Shown here in pieces: positions 38,575 to 48,533 of a stretch of 64,000 nt of DNA (the stretch's first letter is position 1; every line of letters starts with the position of its first letter). Under the pieces are notes generated by a model that saw only the letters and a program-made list of their open reading frames with translations, was not told the origin of the DNA and did not search any database. The DNA lies in the NCBI GenBank assembly GCA_963667015.2, contig CAXXJJ010000004.1, positions 2,592,001-2,656,000 on the forward strand. Reading direction: 5' to 3'. The translations under genes were made by a program, and so were the position numbers. This DNA comes from Desulfatiglandales bacterium (lineage in GTDB: Bacteria > Desulfobacterota > DSM-4660 > Desulfatiglandales > HGW-15).

Positions 38575-41500
38575 TTATTCATTCCTCAGAGGCGTTAAAA
38601 TATTACCTCTTAAGGTAAACCTCGTCGAGATTACTACCCAGATAACCCCGCTGACACCAATCAGAAGCATCATAATACCGATCATTCCAATTGGCAACTG
38701 CCCGGCTGCGGCATGTATTGACGGCAGGACTGAAATAACAGCACAAATCAGACCGGCAGCAAGGCCTGCAGCCAGAAGGTAAACATGTTCATAATAGACC
38801 ATTTTAAGCAGGGTCTTTTTACTGAAACCGACTGCCCTCAGCATGGCAAGCTCTCCCTGCCGTTCCAGTAAATTTCGTGCAACAATAAGGCCTAGCCCTA
38901 TACACCCAAGCATAAGCCCAAGGCCGCCCAGGATAAGAAAGATTGACAGGTATGTATCTTCCATCCTGGCAAAAAGTTCAAGTCTTTCTACTGCTGTCTC
39001 CACCGAGAGCCCTGCATCCGCCATCCTGGCTGTAAGGTGTCTAGATACCTCGCTCTTTTTATTAAAAGGTGTATCAATAAGCCATGCCCTGTACCCTTCC
39101 ACCTCAGGAAAATATCGCTCCATAGCATAGCTGGAGATAATCAGGCTCCCCTGAAGTATTGAACTCCTTATCATACCCACTATCTGCAGCCGTATTTCTT
39201 CTCCTTTTCTATTCCGGTATATCAGTATATCGCCGATCTTCTTGCCCAGTCCCCAGTATACCGTGGGATAATCCCCGACTGCCGGGATGACATTGTCTGC
39301 ATAGTTCTGCCTCAGGAGATCCCAGGGTCGGTCCTGATATTTTGTATCCTTCATCTCCTGAAAGGAAAAGGCGTTTAATTCCACCAGCCGGTCAATTGAA
39401 ATCCCGAGAAGCGCTGGTTCCCTGGTCCGGTTGAGATTAAGACAGCTTGCGTCATCCCCTTCACGTACACGAATATTTATGAATTCCGTTCCCTGTATGA
39501 TGGATGGATTCATTCCCCATTTGCTGCGCCCTTTAACCGTGCTCAGATCCTGCATAACAGGTATGGAAGATTCCGCATAGAGCGCGAAACCTCCTGTACC
39601 CGATGTACGCAGATCCGCTCCCTTTTCCGGATTTTTACGATTTGCACCAACTGCAACAACCATGAATACTCCGCATGCCAGTAATGCAATAACTGCCATG
39701 CTTCGCCCTCTTCGCCTTGCACTGTTATACATTGCAAGTGAAGATAATTTTTTAAGGACAGGATGCGGTTTATTGCCCAAGCGGCCAAGAAACATTCCTG
39801 TCCAGATCATGATAGAGATCAGCAGCAGGGTCCCTGCCCCGAAAAAAGCACCTGCCATGGCACTGCTGCCGAAGGATTTGCTGAAAAACAGCAGCAGGAC
39901 CGCGCCGGCAAATGAAATAATCGAGGCTGCCCACCCGAACAGCCTGCGTTCATAGGTGGCAGGTTTACTGGAGATGGAATATTTATTTCCTGCCATAAGA
40001 CTGTGCGCACTGGATTTCATCTGACCTTTCAGTGTCCTTATCATAGCAATAACCGCGATAAGAAACCCGGAAACAAACCCGATCCCGAGTGACATCAGGG
40101 AGGCCGAATACCGGACTGACATACCTGCAACTGCTCCCTGCCATGCGTTTGAGAGCCCCCAGATAACAAGTCTGGTATATATAAGGGCAATACAGACACC
40201 GGCCATGGCACCCAGAAATGCAACAGATGAACCTTCCAGCAGATATAATTTTCTGATTCTTTTTACAGGAAACCCTATTGCCAGGAGCATACCGGTCTGT
40301 TTACTGCGGCCTTCTATACTGAAGATAAAGAGAAGCCAGGTAAGCAGGATACCGGATACGATCAAAAACATGCTTAATCCCAGAAAGAGCTGACCAAAAT
40401 CCGTGCCGCCCCGGCTCGCACGCGATCCAATCTCACGCACTGGTAATACAGACAGTCCGAGGCTTGTCGGGTCAATAAGTTTACACAGATCCGCTTCCAG
40501 TTTATCTCTGTCTGCAGAATCTTTCTGAAAACGGACAGCCGTCAGATCCCCATATGTGTTTCCCCACATGGATTTACCTGCAAAAAGGGTTATGAAGGCC
40601 TTGGGCGTTCCTCTGTAAGCATCCCAGTAAATTTCATCTTTGTCCCTGATGCGGTCCAGGTCAATTGGAAGTGACGGGTCCCAGTCACGGCAGTTCTCCG
40701 AATCCGAAAGTCCCGGCAGATCGGGCGTAAGACCGGGGTCGGCTGCCGCACCCTCAACAGGTATTATACTGCAGACCTTAAATGTTCGTTGCGCCTCCTT
40801 CAGAGTCTGCCATCCGCCGGGCATAAAATATGTCACTGTCAAATCATCACCAACTCTTGCATTAAGGTCATCGGCAAGCCACTGGTTGATAACGATCTGG
40901 TCATCTTTCATGTCAGGAGGCAGGATATCATTAAATCCGCCCTTTTTGTCTCCGGCAGTAATCATGGAATATGGTGTAGCCAGATCACCCACCCGGAGTT
41001 CATTAACAAAATATGTCAAAATCCTCAGTGCATCCGGTTGCAGCCTGGATGCAGCTGCACCAAAGGAGTGATCAAGAAACACCCTTGAGCTCTTCAGTTC
41101 AAGAGAGTTTTCTCCCAGCGGTTTAATTTCGGCCTCTGCATCTTCAAGACGCCACTCTTTTTTAAGGGTCTGGTTCAACTCATCGGTTGTAAATTTCTGT
41201 AAAGGATCATTGATCAGCAGCAGGTTTGCCTGCCCTTCCCTTTTCAGCCGGTTCTGCAGCCAGGCAAGGGATACAAAAACGTTAATGGGCTCCTGCTGGT
41301 TTGCCTCAAGGCTGAATCTTCCAAAATGCTCATCATCCACCACACCGGTTACAGGAAGACGCACGGAAAGGGTGCTGTCCTTACCGGGTGCCAGAACCAG
41401 GTTGCGCGAAATTGCAGAGGGATTATCAAAACGCAACACCAGTTCTTCTTTACTCTCTTTTGTTATTTTGAGACGCGATGCAAGGGCGGAGTTGATCAGC

Positions 41501-41895
41501 ATATTTCCTTCGCCGAATCCAGCAGGAGATTTTTCTGAAAGTGACATCTTAAAAAAGCTCTCATCAACTCCAAGGATACGTACCTGGTTAACACGGATAC
41601 TTCCGTCCCCTTTTGTCACCATACCCCGTACCTGGAGTATTGAAGAGGCATCAATATTATCATTCTTCAGGCGCCGGGCCAGGTCCTGTCCAAAAAACCG
41701 CTCCTGTGTGGATACCGCCCAGCCCGCATTTCCAAGCCGGGTAACAAAAGAATATTTCAGTGTGGCTTTTACAGAATCCCCGACAAGGAGCGCACCGGTA
41801 AGTACCACCGTTGCGGTTGCCGCAGCAAGGGCGACGGCCAGATGCATACGCCTGTAATGGACAAGGCTTCTTATGACCCATTTAAAAAATGTCAT
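38575..41895 (-). CDS. ABC transporter permease, FtsX/MacB/LolE type (duplicated)
   Basis: GALLVGDS, GMLLAIGF, ERQGELAMLRAVGF; two large periplasmic loops. Confidence 0.9.
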   Translation of the reverse strand: MTFFKWVIRSLVHYRRMHLAVALAAATATVVLTGALLVGDSVKATLKYSFVTRLGNAGWAVSTQERFFGQDLARRLKNDNIDASSILQVRGMVTKGDGSIRVNQVRILGVDESFFKMSLSEKSPAGFGEGNMLINSALASRLKITKESKEELVLRFDNPSAISRNLVLAPGKDSTLSVRLPVTGVVDDEHFGRFSLEANQQEPINVFVSLAWLQNRLKREGQANLLLINDPLQKFTTDELNQTLKKEWRLEDAEAEIKPLGENSLELKSSRVFLDHSFGAAASRLQPDALRILTYFVNELRVGDLATPYSMITAGDKKGGFNDILPPDMKDDQIVINQWLADDLNARVGDDLTVTYFMPGGWQTLKEAQRTFKVCSIIPVEGAAADPGLTPDLPGLSDSENCRDWDPSLPIDLDRIRDKDEIYWDAYRGTPKAFITLFAGKSMWGNTYGDLTAVRFQKDSADRDKLEADLCKLIDPTSLGLSVLPVREIGSRASRGGTDFGQLFLGLSMFLIVSGILLTWLLFIFSIEGRSKQTGMLLAIGFPVKRIRKLYLLEGSSVAFLGAMAGVCIALIYTRLVIWGLSNAWQGAVAGMSVRYSASLMSLGIGFVSGFLIAVIAMIRTLKGQMKSSAHSLMAGNKYSISSKPATYERRLFGWAASIISFAGAVLLLFFSKSFGSSAMAGAFFGAGTLLLISIMIWTGMFLGRLGNKPHPVLKKLSSLAMYNSARRRGRSMAVIALLACGVFMVVAVGANRKNPEKGADLRTSGTGGFALYAESSIPVMQDLSTVKGRSKWGMNPSIIQGTEFINIRVREGDDASCLNLNRTREPALLGISIDRLVELNAFSFQEMKDTKYQDRPWDLLRQNYADNVIPAVGDYPTVYWGLGKKIGDILIYRNRKGEEIRLQIVGMIRSSILQGSLIISSYAMERYFPEVEGYRAWLIDTPFNKKSEVSRHLTARMADAGLSVETAVERLELFARMEDTYLSIFLILGGLGLMLGCIGLGLIVARNLLERQGELAMLRAVGFSKKTLLKMVYYEHVYLLAAGLAAGLICAVISVLPSIHAAAGQLPIGMIGIMMLLIGVSGVIWVVISTRFTLRGNILTPLRNE

Positions 41896-42578
41896 TCGTT
41901 TTTCTCTGATAATTCACCCTCACGAAGGGTATAAACCTGCTTAAACTGCTGTGCCAGGTCCGCAGCGTGGGTAACTACAACAAGGGCCAGGTTTTCTGTT
42001 TGATTCAGTTCACTTAAAAGGTTCATAACACTTACCGCTGTTTCATGGTCCAGTGACCCGGTCGGTTCATCTGCCAGAAGAAGCTTTGGTGAATTGATCA
42101 ATGCCCTGGCAACGGCCGTCCTCTGACACTGGCCGCCTGAAAGTTCTCCGGGACGTCGATCTTTGCATTCACCTATTCCCATTTTATCAATAAGCTCAAC
42201 TGCCCTGTTTCTGTAAAGACCTGCCTTCCCGGCATGAGGATAGGCCAGGGTTGGAATAAGGACATTTTCGAGCACGGTTAGATGGGGCAGAAGATGATGC
42301 ATCTGAAATACAAACCCGATCTCCTGGTTGCGGATAAAGGCAAGCCTCTCTTCGTCCAAGTCGGTTAAATCCTGATCCATAAAACGAACCTGACCGCTGG
42401 TCGGTTTATCCAGTGTACTGATAATGTTAAGAAGCGTACTCTTGCCGCATCCTGAAGGTCCAAGGACGGCCATTGACTCCCCGGCAGAGAATTTAAGAGA
42501 CAGCGATGAAAGAACCGGCACATATCCCGGTGCGCCCTGGATTCCATATCCTTTTGTTATGTCGATTAATTCCAGCAT
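41892..42578 (-). CDS. ABC transporter ATP-binding protein (LolD-like)
   Basis: GPSGCGKS, LSGGQ, LLADEPTGSLD, VVTH. Confidence 0.95.
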   Translation of the reverse strand: MLELIDITKGYGIQGAPGYVPVLSSLSLKFSAGESMAVLGPSGCGKSTLLNIISTLDKPTSGQVRFMDQDLTDLDEERLAFIRNQEIGFVFQMHHLLPHLTVLENVLIPTLAYPHAGKAGLYRNRAVELIDKMGIGECKDRRPGELSGGQCQRTAVARALINSPKLLLADEPTGSLDHETAVSVMNLLSELNQTENLALVVVTHAADLAQQFKQVYTLREGELSEKNE

Positions 42579-42587
42579 GGTTTATCT

Positions 42588-43886
42588 TTACGCCTCTCTA
42601 ATAATTCTTTCAAAAAGGTTAATCAGATTCCCTGCCGTCTTGTTAATATCAAAATGTTCCTCTATTCCTCTTCTCCCTCTTTTACCTAGATCATGGGCTG
42701 ATTGAGGATCAAGGAGCAGTTGAGACAGGACTTCTGCGAAAAATCTGGGTGAGTCGAATTCCACCAGTACCCCGCCGCCGGTCAATTCCATCATCTCAGG
42801 AAAGATTCCGATCTTCGGCACCACTACAGGAACCCCTGCAGCCTTTGCCTCAAGTGCAAAAAGTCCATATGCCGCCTCTTCCTTTTCGGGAACACACATC
42901 ACTGATAGACCAGTTAACCACTGCCTTCGTCCTTCACCAAGAAATTCAGGCAGAAATTCCACATCCCCGGCTGCACCTGCCGTATCAAGTTTTCTCTGTA
43001 AATCCCTTATAAAAGGTTCGTCCGCCTGGTTCTTGCCTCCCGATATCTGCAGGCAGCACTCTTTAAGCTCCGGTTTCTGCTTCAGCAGGATAAAGGCATC
43101 TATCAGGGTATCCAGTCCCCTTTCAGGACACATGCGTGAAAGAAAGCCTATTGTAGGCCTGTTCGGCGGCGCTACAGCGGGCTGATATTCCTTTAAATCT
43201 ATGCCCATATATACAATATGGAGCCGGCCTTCATCCAGATCCAGCCTGGGTGCAATTCGGCCTGCATAGGTTTTACTGACCGATATAAAGGCATCCATTT
43301 CCTTTGAGCATTTCCTCAGGAGCTCCCAGGCCTCACTGCTGTATGGTTCCCCGAGGCCGTCTACAAATGCCTCTTCGTCCTGAAGCAGGCATACAACCGG
43401 AATCTTAAGGCGCTGCCTCAATGCAGATGCCAGACCGCCAAGCAGGACATTGGAAAGGATGATAATATCCGGTTTTTTCATGTCACGGGACAGCCATTCG
43501 ATAAGACGATCCAGTTCCTTGACCTGATGCCCATGCTCCCCCCTGAGCATGGAAATAGTTGTTTCTCCAAGGTCCTTTGAACTGGTCATTCCCGCCTTTT
43601 TTGATAACTTTGAAAGCAGTGACCGGTTATCAAGCACGCTGTCCACCCAGCGGGGTGTCTTTCGGAACAATCCGAGTTTCTGCTGCAGGTAGACATTAAC
43701 CCCTCCATAAAATATCGGGGTATCGATTGACATCTCAGAGGAGTCAAGCTTGATGGGCAGATAAAGGGGGACCATAGTTATTTCATGGCCCTGTGAGTTT
43801 AACGACCTGACCAGGGCCTGATCACGCAGGCAGTTCTCACAGTAAAAATTGTCACCGGATCCGGGGGTTATCTGTATTATTTTCAT
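42588..43886 (-). CDS. GT4-family glycosyltransferase with N-terminal CENC motif
   Basis: SRMCPERG, EAAYGLFALEAKAAGVPVV; FYCENCLRD. Confidence 0.85.
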   Translation of the reverse strand: MKIIQITPGSGDNFYCENCLRDQALVRSLNSQGHEITMVPLYLPIKLDSSEMSIDTPIFYGGVNVYLQQKLGLFRKTPRWVDSVLDNRSLLSKLSKKAGMTSSKDLGETTISMLRGEHGHQVKELDRLIEWLSRDMKKPDIIILSNVLLGGLASALRQRLKIPVVCLLQDEEAFVDGLGEPYSSEAWELLRKCSKEMDAFISVSKTYAGRIAPRLDLDEGRLHIVYMGIDLKEYQPAVAPPNRPTIGFLSRMCPERGLDTLIDAFILLKQKPELKECCLQISGGKNQADEPFIRDLQRKLDTAGAAGDVEFLPEFLGEGRRQWLTGLSVMCVPEKEEAAYGLFALEAKAAGVPVVVPKIGIFPEMMELTGGGVLVEFDSPRFFAEVLSQLLLDPQSAHDLGKRGRRGIEEHFDINKTAGNLINLFERIIREA

Positions 43887-45079
43887 TTGAAACAGTATAT
43901 CCTTCCGTCGTCACACCCGACCACAATCATACCGTCAGCCACCGCAGGGGAAGAGGTTATCGATTGTCCGGTCTCATAGGACCATATGAGCCCACCGTCT
44001 GCCAGATTTAACATGTACAGACGGCCGTCGCTGCTTCCTGCAAGCACCCTGTCTCCAACGATCACCGGAGAGCTGTCAACCGCATCCAGGGCCGTATATG
44101 TCCAGAGGGCCTGCCCTGATTTACTGTCAATACAATGAATATTCATATCTCCGCCGCCTATAACCACAAGGTCATCTTTAATGGCAGGCGAAGAGATAAA
44201 GGAACCGCTTTCAATTTTATAGCGCCAGAGAATTTTTTGATCAGACAGTGATGCCTTTAATAACTCGCCATCATAGTTACCCACATACACATGGTTTCCT
44301 GCAATGGCTGCGGATGCGGCAATATAGACACCTGTATCAATTTCACCCGCCCCTTTACCGTCTGCAACAGAGATAATATGTATAACAGCATCGCACCCTC
44401 CGAACACACAATATTTTCCGTCCACGGCAGGAGACCCGTTAATGAAATTCCCTGTTTCATATTTCCAGACAGGTTTACCGGTTTGTGCATCAAGGCAGTA
44501 TAACGTTGAATCGTAACTGCCGGCCAGGATATTTAACCTGTCTTCTGAATCCTTAAACCAGTTTGCCCCGCCGATAATTTTGTCTTCTGTAGTAAAATTC
44601 CATTTTTCATCTCCTGTTTCCGAATCCAGGGCATAAAGAGTTCCATTAAGTGTCCCTATATAAACCGCATTATCGATAACAGTAGGGGATGCCTCTATCT
44701 CATCATCCAATAGCTTTAACCAGATCTGACTTCCGGTCTGGACATCGATCGCATATAAATGTTTATCAGAAGATCCCACATATACAATATTATTCACGAT
44801 GGCAGGGGAAGATTTAATTTCGCCTTCGGCCTTGAATCTCCACACTAGTGAAAGCTGATCGGGAAGTTCGCCTGTAGCGAAACCCGTCTGGGCCCGGTCG
44901 CCGTGAAACTGAGGCCAGTCTCCTCCCGGATTGGCAGGTATCAGTTTACCTGCCTGCACATTTTCAGATTCGCCAGAGGTATTCCCTTTAGTGCGATACT
45001 GTTTTATACCCCAGGCCAGGATAAAAACTATTATCACTGCTGTCATTGTCCAGAGCACTGTGCGGAATATGGAATTCAT
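43883..45079 (-). CDS. PQQ-like (BamB/AfsK-type) beta-propeller protein
   Basis: WPQFHG and eight SSPA..VYVGS.D..LYA repeats. Confidence 0.9.
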   Translation of the reverse strand: MNSIFRTVLWTMTAVIIVFILAWGIKQYRTKGNTSGESENVQAGKLIPANPGGDWPQFHGDRAQTGFATGELPDQLSLVWRFKAEGEIKSSPAIVNNIVYVGSSDKHLYAIDVQTGSQIWLKLLDDEIEASPTVIDNAVYIGTLNGTLYALDSETGDEKWNFTTEDKIIGGANWFKDSEDRLNILAGSYDSTLYCLDAQTGKPVWKYETGNFINGSPAVDGKYCVFGGCDAVIHIISVADGKGAGEIDTGVYIAASAAIAGNHVYVGNYDGELLKASLSDQKILWRYKIESGSFISSPAIKDDLVVIGGGDMNIHCIDSKSGQALWTYTALDAVDSSPVIVGDRVLAGSSDGRLYMLNLADGGLIWSYETGQSITSSPAVADGMIVVGCDDGRIYCFK

Positions 45080-45157
45080 TAATAATTACCCTGCCATTAA
45101 TATAGTATTTACATAAGCTTTAGTACACACATACCTGAATAAAGTGACTCGAACTAA

Positions 45158-45290
45158 AAAAATCTCTCGCTCGTTCCCTTCGGTCACTAGAGATCACAGA
45201 GAGCACATAGGAAAGCATTTTTTGGTTTTAACATAATAATATCTTTTGTTTTCCTCTGCGTACTCTGCGAGCTCTGCGAGACACATTTTC
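45158..45290 (-). repeat. Inverted copy of the MITE/REP-like element
   Basis: Reverse complement ...cgcagagtacgcagag...gtgaccgaagggaacgagcgagaga matches 9481-9624. Confidence 0.75.
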
Positions 45291-45530
45291 TTAGGATGCT
45301 GCCTCAATGGCCATTTGAGTCGTTGAATTTTGAAGTATTAAGTATAAAATATAAGAACTAACAGGTAAATATTCAATAATATTTTTATAAATTACAGGAT
45401 CAGGCAATGATTCAAGAGAAATATGTATTCAAAAATATAATAAGGTGCAATAAATTCGATAATAATACTATTCTGACAGCTGACATATCCATTTTTCTCC
45501 TTATATTGATAACTTTAAAGGAATAAAAAT

Positions 45531-46032
45531 ATGAAGATCCTTCGAATACTTATAATATTTACTGTTTTATCTACCTGCAATCAGGTTTTTGCTTCTGACT
45601 GGCCGCAATATCATGGCCCTGACAGAAATGCTGTTTCCACTGAAAAAGGGCTTTTGAGATCATGGCCTGCCGAGGGGCCAAAGGTTTTATGGACAAAACC
45701 TCTGGGTGAAGGGTTCGGAGGTGAGGTGGTCAGTGAAGAAAAGGTATATGTTTATGACCGGGTAGAGGATAAAACCAATATACTTCGCTGCCTGGAAGAC
45801 CGGGAAAAAGCCCGGTTTTGACAAGGGCGGAATGATACTGGTCGATGATATGATTATTAGCAGTGACGGCGAAAAAATGCTATATTTGATCGATCCTGAT
45901 CCGGCAGAGTTCAAGGTGCTGGCACAGGCCGAGCTTCTGGAAACAAAACAGTCCTGGGCGCCACTTACGCTGAGTGACGGTAAACTGCTTATAAGAGATC
46001 AGAAACAGATGAAATGTGTGGTAGTTAAGTAA
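45531..46032 (+). pseudogene. PQQ-like beta-propeller paralog with a large internal deletion
   Basis: N- and C-termini match the 56937 and 59548 paralogs; about 755 bp missing at a TGGA junction (45793-45796). Confidence 0.9.
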
Positions 46033-46114
46033 GGATTCAAGGGGTCGAGGGGTCAAGTGAAAAGACTCCTGTACTGTCATTTACAGGGAAATCCAGTCGT
46101 TTTAATGGTGATAT

Positions 46115-46969
46115 ATGTCCGGAAATGAATTGATAATTTACTGCAAATGCATTCACAGGGATCTGGTTTCACCGGAATCCCGTGAGGAAATTTTAAAATG
46201 CCTAGAACAATCCGGGTTAAAGGTCGTGGAGGTTGATGACCTGTGCGGTCTGGCAGCCAGGCAGGACACTGTTTTAAAGGAATGGGCAGAAAACCCCAAA
46301 CTGACAGTGATTGCCTGCTATGAACGCGCTGTACGCTGGCTGTTTGATATGGCGCATGCGCCTCTTCCGGATGACGGCTCAGTATCAATACTGAACCCTC
46401 GAACCCTTTCACATGAAAAAATAATGGAAGCGATCAGAAGCAGTGATCCGGGCGAATCCGGCGAGGCTATGAATAAAATTGAACACAGTGGCAAGCAGGA
46501 ACCCTGGTTTCCTGTAATAGACCGGGACCGCTGCAGGAGCTGCAAGCTCTGTTTTAATTTCTGTCTTTTTGGCGTTTATTCTGTTGATGATCAGGGAAAT
46601 GTCAGGGTTTCTCAACCCGATAACTGTAAAAACAACTGCCCGGCATGTGCCCGTGTCTGTCCGACAAGTGCGATCATTTTTCCCAAGATTGATCAGTCTC
46701 CCATAAACGGAGACAGGGTTGATGATTCTAAAATCCCTGCTTCGCCGGTAAGGCTTGAGGTACTGCAGGAAACCGACATATATACAATGCTGCGCAATCG
46801 AAGCGGCCAGACCCGGCGTTTTTCTCCAGAGCCTCGCAAGCCTGAAAATATGCTTGAAATTCTTCACAAACAGCTCAATATACCCATGGATGTACTTAAG
46901 GCCCTTTCACCCGCCGATTTAAACCGTATTCATAAAAAGGCCTCTTCAGCCGGGGAGGAGAATGAATAA
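46115..46969 (+). CDS. Ferredoxin-like protein (HdrA-like Cys domain plus 2x[4Fe-4S])
   Basis: YCKC, DLCG, IACYERA; CRSCKLCFNFC, CKNNCPACARVCP. Confidence 0.8.
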   Translation: MSGNELIIYCKCIHRDLVSPESREEILKCLEQSGLKVVEVDDLCGLAARQDTVLKEWAENPKLTVIACYERAVRWLFDMAHAPLPDDGSVSILNPRTLSHEKIMEAIRSSDPGESGEAMNKIEHSGKQEPWFPVIDRDRCRSCKLCFNFCLFGVYSVDDQGNVRVSQPDNCKNNCPACARVCPTSAIIFPKIDQSPINGDRVDDSKIPASPVRLEVLQETDIYTMLRNRSGQTRRFSPEPRKPENMLEILHKQLNIPMDVLKALSPADLNRIHKKASSAGEENE

Positions 46970-48533
46970 CAGCGCCTTAAAACCTTCTGTTATCCTTGTT
47001 GCAGACAGAACACTGAGTGCACGCTACCGTATCCTGTTCGAGGGTATCTTTGCTACCATGCAGACTACGCAGGTGCCTGAAACCCTTATGCGTCATTTTT
47101 TAAGCCCTAAAGTACATACTGATCCACAGGGACGTGCCCATACCGCTCCCCTGGGACTTCGGCGTATTGAATCATCTCTCAGGGCCACTGCCGGACTTAA
47201 GGCCGATGACATCGTATGCACCACACCGGAGCGACTTCCCGATCTTCTAGGGCCATGGGCAAAACTTGTGCTTTTCAGTTCCAGTGATCCCCTCGGTCAC
47301 GGAATGAGCAATACCACCACAAGCAACTTCTGGAACGGAGAACTCTATACAAGCAAATGGACCAGGGAAGCACTTCTTCTTATTAAGGCCGCTAAAAAAC
47401 GCCATTCCTTCAAGGTTGTATTTGGAGGCGCAGGTGCATGGCAGTGCCTGGCCTACCCTGATGAGGCGGCCGGGCTTGGCATTGATACGGTGTATGACGG
47501 ATATTTTGAAGAATCCGGCCCTGAACTTGTTCTTGATCTTCTTGCAGGCAGGCCCGTAGATTCGCAGGTAATTGCAGGAGGAATCGGAGCAGACAGAATT
47601 CAGCCGATATGCGGTGCATCAATGATGGGAATAATAGAGCTTTCCAGGGGCTGCGGACGGGGATGCCGGTTCTGCAGCATGTCTAAAAAGGGGATGAAAC
47701 ATCTGCCTGCGGATACGATCATGGCGGATCTGGAGACAAACCTGTCAGCAGGATTAAGGTCCGTGGTAAGCGGTAGCGAGGACTTTTTCCGGTATGGTTC
47801 TTCATCGGCCAGGCCCGATTTTAATGCCCTTTCAGGCCTTCTCACACAGATGAAACAGCTTAAAGGTCTATCCTTTATGCAGATCGACCACGCCAATGTT
47901 ACAAGTGTGCTTCAGCTTGAAGAAAAGGAACTCAGGGAAATTCGCCGGCTTTTAACCTGGGAAAAACCTGCCCGATATCTATGGGTAAACATGGGTGTGG
48001 AAAGTGCAAACGGAAGGCTTTTGACTGCAAACAGCCCCGGTAAAATTGCCCCTTTCTCACCCGATGACTGGCCTGAAATGGTGCGAGAGGCAGTCGGCCG
48101 TATGACCCGAACCGGTTTTTTTCCTGTAATCAGCATTATTCTCGGTCTCCCGGGTGAAGAGCCCTCTGATGTGGCAAAGACACTAAGGCTGGTAAAGGAA
48201 CTTACAAACCAGGAGCTTGTGGTATTCCCGGTATTTTATGAGCCGATACTTAAGGAGGAGATAGAATCCCGGAATAAATTTTCCATTGACAGTATGCGTG
48301 CCGATCACCTCGAGCTCTATCGCACCTGTTATGAGATTAATTTCAAACGGGTTCCCAAACTCATGTGGGACAACCAGCGGGCAGGGGGCGTACCCTGGTT
48401 TAAGAGAATGATTCTTCAGGGTATGGGACGGGCAGAGATAGCAAACTGGCGCATGGCTTTTAGAAAAATGGCTAAAAAGATGCAGTCATCAGCAGAAAAA
48501 GGTTTCAGCAACAGCATGGAGAAAAGGATATGA
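46962..48533 (+). CDS. Radical SAM enzyme with N-terminal B12-binding-like domain
   Basis: RGCGRGCRFC; GGAGAW; MGVES; ILGLPGE. Confidence 0.9.
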   Translation: MNNSALKPSVILVADRTLSARYRILFEGIFATMQTTQVPETLMRHFLSPKVHTDPQGRAHTAPLGLRRIESSLRATAGLKADDIVCTTPERLPDLLGPWAKLVLFSSSDPLGHGMSNTTTSNFWNGELYTSKWTREALLLIKAAKKRHSFKVVFGGAGAWQCLAYPDEAAGLGIDTVYDGYFEESGPELVLDLLAGRPVDSQVIAGGIGADRIQPICGASMMGIIELSRGCGRGCRFCSMSKKGMKHLPADTIMADLETNLSAGLRSVVSGSEDFFRYGSSSARPDFNALSGLLTQMKQLKGLSFMQIDHANVTSVLQLEEKELREIRRLLTWEKPARYLWVNMGVESANGRLLTANSPGKIAPFSPDDWPEMVREAVGRMTRTGFFPVISIILGLPGEEPSDVAKTLRLVKELTNQELVVFPVFYEPILKEEIESRNKFSIDSMRADHLELYRTCYEINFKRVPKLMWDNQRAGGVPWFKRMILQGMGRAEIANWRMAFRKMAKKMQSSAEKGFSNSMEKRI

